Positions 1 to 7,302 of a stretch of DNA of 31,574 nucleotides are shown here, in pieces (position 1 is the first letter of the stretch; each line of letters starts with the position of its first letter). This stretch comes from Sumerlaeia bacterium. Lineage in GTDB: Bacteria > Sumerlaeota > Sumerlaeia > SLMS01 > JAHLLQ01. Position numbers and translations under genes: made by a program. Location of the stretch: assembly GCA_040219255.1 (NCBI GenBank), contig JAVJSW010000028.1, positions 1 to 31,574 of the forward strand. Direction: 5' to 3'. Under the pieces are notes generated by a model, which searched no databases, had not been told where the DNA came from, and saw only the letters and a list, made by a program, of their open reading frames with translations.

Positions 1-1
1 G

Positions 2-754
2 AACAACCGCCAGTGGTCGGGCCCGCCGATTTCCGGCGCGAGCGCCGCCGCCTACACCGAAGCCCTCGCTACCGCCAGCCTCGCCCCCGGCGACGTCTTC
101 GCCCACGCAACGTACCTGATCAATCTCGGCACGGATAAGCCGGACCTGCGCGAAAAATCGCTGGCCTGCCTGGAAGACGAAATGCGGCGCTGCGAACAGC
201 TCGCCATCCCCGGCATCGTCATGCACCCCGGCGCCCACGGCGGCGCCGGCCGCGAGGAAGGCATCGCCCGCATCGCCGCCAACGTCCGCGCCGTCATCGA
301 CCGCATCCCCGATGGTCAATGCCGCCTGCTCTATGAAGGCATGACCGGTGGCGGCACGCAAATCGGCGGATCCTTCGAGGATTTGAAGGACTTGCTGGAT
401 GCGACGGACCGGCCGGAACGCACCGGTGTCTGCCTGGATACTTGCCACACCTTCGCCGCGGGCTACGACATTCGCACGGCGGAGGGCTTTGCCGAGGTCC
501 TCGCAGAATTCGACCGCGTCGTGGGGCTCGACTGGATCAAGGCGATCCACCTGAACGATTCAAAGCACTGCCTGGGCACCCGCAAAGACCGCCACGAGCA
601 CATCGGCGAGGGCGAAATCGGGCTGGAGGCCTTCCGCTGGCTTCTCTGCGAGTCCCCGGTCCGTCACTTGCCGATGGCGCTGGAAACGCACAAAGACAAG
701 GACATGACCGAGGACCGCGTGAACCTGCGGGTGTTGCGGGGGCTGGTCGCTTAG
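2..754 (+). CDS. nfo: Endonuclease IV (deoxyribonuclease IV), 5'-truncated by the window edge
   Basis: The frame is open from base 2 (NNRQW...HATYLINL) into the 182..754 ORF. It carries the Zn-ligand motifs HPG, LLYE, CLDTCH, HLNDS, DRHEHIGEG and LET. Confidence 0.95.
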   Translation, partial: NNRQWSGPPISGASAAAYTEALATASLAPGDVFAHATYLINLGTDKPDLREKSLACLEDEMRRCEQLAIPGIVMHPGAHGGAGREEGIARIAANVRAVIDRIPDGQCRLLYEGMTGGGTQIGGSFEDLKDLLDATDRPERTGVCLDTCHTFAAGYDIRTAEGFAEVLAEFDRVVGLDWIKAIHLNDSKHCLGTRKDRHEHIGEGEIGLEAFRWLLCESPVRHLPMALETHKDKDMTEDRVNLRVLRGLVA

Positions 755-3700
755 GGCGCGGTCTGCGGAAACGCGAAGTGCCGCGTGATGGCGTTCGCGT
801 CCCTATCGGTGGTCAGGAAGTCCTGATCCCCGTCGCCGTCCAAATCCAGCACCGCGATGTCGTTCGGATTGGCACCGGTGCGGAAGTTGAGCACGAGCGG
901 GAACCCGCCAAAGCCATCGTTGAACGCGATAGCCACCGCGTCTGGACCGGGCAGGAGGATCAGCGCGTCGCGGTCGCCGTCGCCGTCGATGTCGCCGATG
1001 GCCATGCGGCCCGGCTCTCCGATAAGCGGAATCTCGCTCTTCTCCTCGTCGCCGTCCCAGGTTCCATCGGCCAGAATCACTTGCAGCACGCTGCCGAAGA
1101 GATCGGAGACGAGCACGTCGGGCAGACTGTCGTGGTTGACGTCGGCGATGGCGACATCGCTCGGCCGCACCGCGCCGCCGTGGTAGGTGGTGGACTTGAG
1201 GGCGTCCACATCGTCCATCAGAATGATGGTGACGCCGATGCTGGCGAAGAACACCGACCCGCGATGGTAAGCGACCAAGTCGGTTTTGCCGTCGCCATCC
1301 ACATCGGCCGATCGAACGCCATCGGCGCCGATGACGGAGTCGATCTGGAAGGTGGCGGCCTCGGCGAATTGCAGCGAACCATCGTTGCGGGCGATTTGCA
1401 GCGTCGGTGTCCCGCCGATGCCTCCGATGTCCAGGTCGCCGTCGCCGTCGAAGTCGCCCAGGGCAATGGCGCGAAGGGCGCTCGACGAGGTGAAGGTGAC
1501 GTCGCTGGCCACGGTCAGGAGACCGTCGCCGTCGTTCTCGAGAATCCGGATGGCCCGATCGTCACGCATCAGCACCACGGCGTCATTATCGCCGTCGCCA
1601 TCCAGATCGCCCACGTCCAGGTCGTCCGCCAAGCCGCCAATGTCAGTCTCGCGGCCGAGGGTCACCGCTCCGGCGCCGTCGGTGAAATAGACGTGGACCT
1701 GTGGCACGTTGTTCGACCGCACCACCCAATCCACGGTGCCGTCGGCGTTCATGGGGGCGACCGAGACTTCGGTTGGCTGGGTCGCGGCGGACGGATAGGG
1801 CAGGCCCGGGGCGAAAACCCCCGGCGCCAGAGCCCGCATCACACCCAACGTCTCGCCATTGCGCGACACATACACGATGTCCAGAAGGCCGTCGTTGTTC
1901 AAGTCCGCCACATCCGCGGCGAGGTTCCGATCCCCCGCCTGCAACGCCGGCCCAGGCACGAAGCCGAGGTCGCCGTCGCCCTCCATCACCACGATGCCGC
2001 CTTCGTTGTCGTGCCCGACGATCAGGTCGAGCGTGCCGTTGGCTGTGATGTCCGCCACGGCGAGCGCGATGGCTCGCGGAACACCGGTGCCGATCTTGAC
2101 GGCTTCGGCGAAAACGCCGCCGCCGGTGTTTTCCAAGAGCACGGCGGCGCCTTCGGTGGCGTTGTTGTCGATGGTGACGAGGTCGAGATCGCTGTCGCCG
2201 TCAATGTCTTCGGCGAACAGGAAACGCGATTCATTGCCGGCGGCATAGATCACGGCGGCGGCGAAGGTGCCGTCGCCATTGTTGAGGAGCACGGCCACGT
2301 CGTCGCTTTGGAAATTGCTGACCGCGATGTCCATGTCGCCATCGCCGTCCAGATCGGCCGCCAGGATGTCGCGGGGCAGGTTGCCCGCCGCATAGGTTCC
2401 GTCGATCGACGGATAGTTGCCGAACCCATCGTTGAACAGGATCGTGATATCATCGGAGACCTCGTTGGCGGTAACGACATCCAGGTCGCCATCGCCATCG
2501 AAATCGGCCAGGGCCACCGATCCGGGATTATCCATTACCGGGGTCGTCGCGGCGTCGTCAAAGGCGCCATCGCCCAACCCTCGGAGGATCGCCAGCGTGT
2601 CGTTGCTGAAGGCCGGGACGACGATGTCGTCGAGGCCATCGCCGTTGACATCGCCCACGGCGGCGTCGCGCGCGCGGCCTGTGCTGAGGACCTGGGGCCG
2701 GTTCCGCAGGAAGCCGTCCTCGTCCTGAAGCAGCACGCGCAAATCCGAGCGCAAGGTGCCGACCGCGAGGACGTCGGTGTCGCCGTCCTTGTCGAAATCG
2801 GCCAGGGTAAAGTTCTCGAACCACGTGGCTGCGGGGCTGAACACCAGCGAATGGAACGGCAGATTGCCCACGTCGGTCAGCTCACCCACGACAAAGGTCC
2901 ATTCGTAGGTACTGCCGAGCGGCAGTCCGGTGCGGTCGGCGACGTCGCTCGCCAGCGTGGCGCGGTACAATCCACCGGCAAGGGGCACGCCCTCTGGCAG
3001 CGCGACAGCCGTCATGGCGTCGGAGTTGTAGGTCATCGAGCGAATCACCAGCCGCTCGTCGTCCGCCGTGTCGAAGAGCGTGTCGGCCCCAGCCGCCACG
3101 AGTTCCAGAGCCGACGGTGTCAGCGTCGCCTCGTTCATCGGTTTGCTGAACACGATGGCCAGATTCGACACGTCGATCTCCATCCCGAGATCAATGGGCC
3201 GCGTCGCCACCACGGCGGGCGGTTGGGTGCTGGGCGTGACCGAGACGATTTCCTCGTCCGTCCAGGTCACGTTGCCAGCGGTGTCCTCGGCCCGGGCGCG
3301 GATCGTCATCGTCCCGCCACTTGGGCCCTTGGCCCCATCGGGCAGGAACGGCACCGCGAACCGGAATTCAAAGGGGTGGTTGCCGTCGGTTTCAAAGCGT
3401 ACGCCATCGATGTGCAGCTCCACGTTGCGCACCTGGATATCATCCGAGGCGCGGACCGTGACGCGGACATTGGTTTGCTCCTCCACATCTCCAGCGGTCA
3501 GCCGCGGCCCCAGTTCCAGCTCGGCCGTTGGCGCCATCGTCCTCGTGTCGGGTGCGAAATAGTTGACGATGGCCAGACCGCCGCCGCCGTCCGCCACATG
3601 GGCCAGACCGTTGTAGAGCGCCACCGCCCGGGCTTCTCCCGGCGTGTCGTGGGACCCGTCGGGCAGGCTCGTGTTGGTGGGGTCCGTGATATCGTAGAGC

Positions 3701-6700
3701 GTCAGCGCCAGCGAATCAGGCCCGGCGAAACTGGTGGTGGCCAGTAGCTCGCCCGATCCGTTGGTGACGAGATCGTGGATGCCGCTTTGGCCCGCTTGCG
3801 GCCGGCCTTTGATCCGCAGAATTCCCGGCAGCGTGACATCCAGCGACGTCACGCCATCGAAGGAGCCGACGAAGGCGAGCTCCGTATCGGCGAAGATTTT
3901 CCGCCCGAATTCGAGCGGCGAAGCGGAGCCGCTGATGCTGATCGAATCGAGTTCCTCCAGCCCGTCGGCGAGCGTGGAAAAGGCGCGGAAGTCTCCGCCG
4001 CCGATCAGGTACACGATGTCCCCGGCGAGGGCGATATCCTCGAGCCGTTCACCGACCTGACGCTCCTCCAGCTTCTGGCCCGTCCGCAAATCGATGGCGA
4101 TCAACTGGCCCGAGTCCGTCGTCAGATAACCGACCGAGCCGCCCGCCGCCACGGCCTGCACCACGCCCGTGATGCCTTCGTTGTAGATCGCCCGGACAAA
4201 AGCGTTGGGCGGATCGCTGATGTCGATGACGGCGGCGCCACCGGTTCCCAGCGACACCAGCACCAGCGAACCGGACAGGGCGATGTCCTTGGCGTGGCCC
4301 GGCGTGTCGATCTGGGCGACCAGAATCGGCGCCCGGCCGTTGAAGATGTTGAACACGGACACGCCGCCTACGCCGTCGGCGATGACCGCCAAGTCGTTCA
4401 CCGCGTCGATGCTCTGGGCCGTGCCCGGCGTGTCGGCAACGGCCGTGACGCCGGTGGCGGCCACGATATTGTCCAGCGGATCGGAGCCCGCCTTCACCTC
4501 GGCGCCGTCCAGAATGCCGTCGTTGTCGCTGTCGGTGTCGTTGGGATCGGTGCTGAGAACCGCCTCGCAAACATCGAACAGGTCGTCGCCATCGCTGTCC
4601 AGGCCTGGAGGCGGCCCCAGCGAAGTCGGCGGAATGGTCACGTTGCCGCCGTTGGGGGCGCTCTGGAAGTACATCGCGCCGTATTCGAGCGTTTGCGGAT
4701 GCACATACTCGACAAAGTGCGGTTGGTCCGGCGACAGGAACAAGCCGGAGAACACACCCTGCGGCCCCGTCTGGCCCTGCTGGAATCGCTTCGTGGCGAG
4801 GTTTGTCAGTTTGTAGTGCAAAGGCGCCCGCGCCACCGGGCTCGCGCCGCTGGGTCCTCCGGCGCCGCCGGACGAATCCATCACTTCCGCCAGCCGGTCC
4901 GCCGCCTCGCGCATACCGTAATTCGGCGACGTCCAGCCCTGCGCTTCCAGGGCCTCCATCATCGCCGCCAGATCGGAGAACTCATCCCCGACCATCGTGT
5001 ATTCCGAGGAAGGCAGCGTTCCCGCCGCGATGGCCACCAGGCGGTCGATCAAGGCGTTGGCCTGCGGCTCGGTCGCCGAGGCGGGAGCGAGAGCCAGCAG
5101 GGTCGTACGCTCGGTTGTGGAGATGGCCGTGCCGTCTTCGCTCACCGGATCCATGGCGGCTTCGATGGCGGTCAGGAAAGTTTCCAGGTCGTCTTGCTCC
5201 TCGACCGGCAGGCTGACCCACACGGCATCGCCGAGGAAGGCCGCGTAGGCGTCGGCCACTGTCTCGTAGAGCATCGCCTGCTCGATGGCGAGATCGGCCG
5301 CTTGCTTGAGCAGCAGGCCTTTCTTGCCGCCGAGGCAGCTCGAGAGTTGGTTGAGAATCGTGGCGTAGTTGGCCATACAGCCGGCCACCAGCGCCGCCGT
5401 GCCGGCGCCCGGGATGCACCCCAGGCCACCGATCATGGCGTTGACGGCGGCTGTGCTGCCGCAGCCCGAAGGATCGATACCGCAATCCACCAGGGTGGCC
5501 GCCACCGCCGACGCGAGGGAGAACCCGCAGCCCAGGCCCGGGATGGTGCTGGAAACACCCGCGATCAGGCATTGCGCCAGATTGCTCGCCGCCAGCGCCT
5601 TCTCCGTGGCGCAATCGTCGTCATCGCCGTCCCCGCCGCCGCCGTCGCCACCGCCGCCGGGAAAGCCGCCGTGCCAGCCCGGCTCCGGAATGCCGACGCC
5701 GGGGTCGGTGCAGAGCAGGGTGCCATCGTCGCTGACGGTCATGCTGCCGACGACGACCCAATTGCCCAGGTCGTGGTCGAAGCTCCAGAGCGCGCTCTTC
5801 GCGCCGGGGGGCAGGGGCTCGCCCGTTTCCGGCAGGGGTTCGTTGGGGAAGCAGGCGGGAACCGGCGCCGAGAAATTGCTCGGGCCGTCCGTCTGTACGG
5901 TGATGACCAGGGGCAGGTCGAGGCCTTCGGGCAGGGGTTCGGGCAGGCGCGAGGCTTCCACCGGCGCCATGCCCACACGGCCGCCGCGGGTGCCGTCGTT
6001 GGCATAGAGCGCGTCCGCCGGGACATCGAGCTTCACGTCGTCAAAGTCCGGGTAGCGCGCCAGCACCTCGGCGGGAAGCTGGATCGTGGTGGTGGTGGCG
6101 TCGCTGACCACTTGCAGCGTGCCCTCGGCCACCAGCGGCAGGAAGATGTCGTCCACCGGATTGTCGATGCCGGGCTTGGCGCGCCAGAGCTTGCCCACGA
6201 AGGGATAGTAGGGACCGCCGGGATAAACGGCGGGCTCGCCATCGGGGGCGGTGGCGACGGTGCGGCCGTCGATATAGACGAAGACTTCGCCGGCGGGAAC
6301 GTTCTCCAGCCGGAAGTTACCCATGTCGTCTGTCAGGGTGGTTGCGGTGTTTTCCAGGCCCTGCACATAAATCCGCACGCCCTCCAGGGGCCGGTTGACA
6401 AAGGCGCCTTTGGCGGCGCGGGCGGGGGCGGGTTCGCTGGCGAAGACGCGGCCGCTGAAGCTGGTCCCCGGCAGCGCCGTCAGGTTCACCGTGTCGAAAT
6501 CGATGACGCGGGTGCCGCCGGGCTGGATGTCGTTGTCCGCATCGATGGCGTCGCCGTTGGCATCCAGGATCGCATCGCCGTCGATGGTGAGGCGGACGCG
6601 GGCGCCGGAGGGCAGCGGCTGCTGATAGAACAGGGTCACGCCGCGGCGGTCCTGCGAGATCTCCGCGCGGAAAGCCAGGGGCTTGCCGGCGAAGGACGCC

Positions 6701-7080
6701 GTGAGAGCGCCGGCGGGAAGGTCGCCGGGCGCCAGCGCCCGCGAAAACGTCAGCATCGTCTCGCGTTCGACGGAAACGCCGGTCTCACCATTGGCGGGCG
6801 AGGTGCGCCGGATCGTGGTAAACGGATTCGCCGGTGTGGGCGTTGGCGTCGGGGTCGGAGTAGCGGTCGGCGTAGGCGTCGCCGTGGCCGTCGGGGTTGG
6901 CATCGCGAGGATATCACGCACCTGATCGGCGCCATCGATCACGCCGTCGCCGTTGCGATCGTCGCGGGAGAGGAGGGGCGCCTCGCGCCCGAGAATCACC
7001 TCGGAAAGTGGGATGCTTCCCGCCTGAGCGGTGGAAAGGAAGAACGTCATCGCCAGAAGGCTGAAGAACCGTGCGGACAT
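751..7080 (-). CDS. Large secreted multidomain protein (~2109 aa): half-dockerin/EF-hand motif, PT linker, Ig-like domains, Cys-rich segment, TSP3-like repeat, LVIVD repeats, 14 FG-GAP/VCBS repeats
   Basis: The ATG at 7080 gives a signal peptide, MSARFFSLLAMTFFLSTAQA. Motifs seen: DRNGDGVIDGAD; PTPTATATPT linker; SPANGETGV...LTFS (Big_5-like); DSDGDDLFD/DTDSDNDGILDGAE; DTPG..A..I repeats; 14 near-DxDGDGxxD repeats. The ORF-track start at 7293 is probably an over-extension. Confidence 0.88.
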   Translation of the reverse strand: MSARFFSLLAMTFFLSTAQAGSIPLSEVILGREAPLLSRDDRNGDGVIDGADQVRDILAMPTPTATATPTPTATPTPTPTPTPANPFTTIRRTSPANGETGVSVERETMLTFSRALAPGDLPAGALTASFAGKPLAFRAEISQDRRGVTLFYQQPLPSGARVRLTIDGDAILDANGDAIDADNDIQPGGTRVIDFDTVNLTALPGTSFSGRVFASEPAPARAAKGAFVNRPLEGVRIYVQGLENTATTLTDDMGNFRLENVPAGEVFVYIDGRTVATAPDGEPAVYPGGPYYPFVGKLWRAKPGIDNPVDDIFLPLVAEGTLQVVSDATTTTIQLPAEVLARYPDFDDVKLDVPADALYANDGTRGGRVGMAPVEASRLPEPLPEGLDLPLVITVQTDGPSNFSAPVPACFPNEPLPETGEPLPPGAKSALWSFDHDLGNWVVVGSMTVSDDGTLLCTDPGVGIPEPGWHGGFPGGGGDGGGGDGDDDDCATEKALAASNLAQCLIAGVSSTIPGLGCGFSLASAVAATLVDCGIDPSGCGSTAAVNAMIGGLGCIPGAGTAALVAGCMANYATILNQLSSCLGGKKGLLLKQAADLAIEQAMLYETVADAYAAFLGDAVWVSLPVEEQDDLETFLTAIEAAMDPVSEDGTAISTTERTTLLALAPASATEPQANALIDRLVAIAAGTLPSSEYTMVGDEFSDLAAMMEALEAQGWTSPNYGMREAADRLAEVMDSSGGAGGPSGASPVARAPLHYKLTNLATKRFQQGQTGPQGVFSGLFLSPDQPHFVEYVHPQTLEYGAMYFQSAPNGGNVTIPPTSLGPPPGLDSDGDDLFDVCEAVLSTDPNDTDSDNDGILDGAEVKAGSDPLDNIVAATGVTAVADTPGTAQSIDAVNDLAVIADGVGGVSVFNIFNGRAPILVAQIDTPGHAKDIALSGSLVLVSLGTGGAAVIDISDPPNAFVRAIYNEGITGVVQAVAAGGSVGYLTTDSGQLIAIDLRTGQKLEERQVGERLEDIALAGDIVYLIGGGDFRAFSTLADGLEELDSISISGSASPLEFGRKIFADTELAFVGSFDGVTSLDVTLPGILRIKGRPQAGQSGIHDLVTNGSGELLATTSFAGPDSLALTLYDITDPTNTSLPDGSHDTPGEARAVALYNGLAHVADGGGGLAIVNYFAPDTRTMAPTAELELGPRLTAGDVEEQTNVRVTVRASDDIQVRNVELHIDGVRFETDGNHPFEFRFAVPFLPDGAKGPSGGTMTIRARAEDTAGNVTWTDEEIVSVTPSTQPPAVVATRPIDLGMEIDVSNLAIVFSKPMNEATLTPSALELVAAGADTLFDTADDERLVIRSMTYNSDAMTAVALPEGVPLAGGLYRATLASDVADRTGLPLGSTYEWTFVVGELTDVGNLPFHSLVFSPAATWFENFTLADFDKDGDTDVLAVGTLRSDLRVLLQDEDGFLRNRPQVLSTGRARDAAVGDVNGDGLDDIVVPAFSNDTLAILRGLGDGAFDDAATTPVMDNPGSVALADFDGDGDLDVVTANEVSDDITILFNDGFGNYPSIDGTYAAGNLPRDILAADLDGDGDMDIAVSNFQSDDVAVLLNNGDGTFAAAVIYAAGNESRFLFAEDIDGDSDLDLVTIDNNATEGAAVLLENTGGGVFAEAVKIGTGVPRAIALAVADITANGTLDLIVGHDNEGGIVVMEGDGDLGFVPGPALQAGDRNLAADVADLNNDGLLDIVYVSRNGETLGVMRALAPGVFAPGLPYPSAATQPTEVSVAPMNADGTVDWVVRSNNVPQVHVYFTDGAGAVTLGRETDIGGLADDLDVGDLDGDGDNDAVVLMRDDRAIRILENDGDGLLTVASDVTFTSSSALRAIALGDFDGDGDLDIGGIGGTPTLQIARNDGSLQFAEAATFQIDSVIGADGVRSADVDGDGKTDLVAYHRGSVFFASIGVTIILMDDVDALKSTTYHGGAVRPSDVAIADVNHDSLPDVLVSDLFGSVLQVILADGTWDGDEEKSEIPLIGEPGRMAIGDIDGDGDRDALILLPGPDAVAIAFNDGFGGFPLVLNFRTGANPNDIAVLDLDGDGDQDFLTTDRDANAITRHFAFPQTAP

Positions 7081-7302
7081 AAGGGAAACCCGATTGCGAA
7101 CCCCATGGGAGCGGCCAGTTGTGCCCCATGATGCCATTGTTGTTTTCGTACTGTCCGCAGTTAAAGCCCGCTTCCGGTTCCGTTCGGCAAGCTGAAAAAC
7201 GCCATCCCGAAAGCGGCTTGCCTCATCGCCGCGCCGGGCCGACTGTACCGGTCCGCATCTGGCTTCCTTTTCTGCCCCGCTTTCCTTCGCCATTCCGGCC
7301 GC

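Noticed and set aside
7081-7302. Riboswitch in the divergent giant-gene/ccsBA gap (hairpin GGCAAGCTG...CGGCTTGCC)
   Set aside because: Only a single stem is visible, with no recognisable riboswitch consensus. An Infernal/Rfam scan would be needed.
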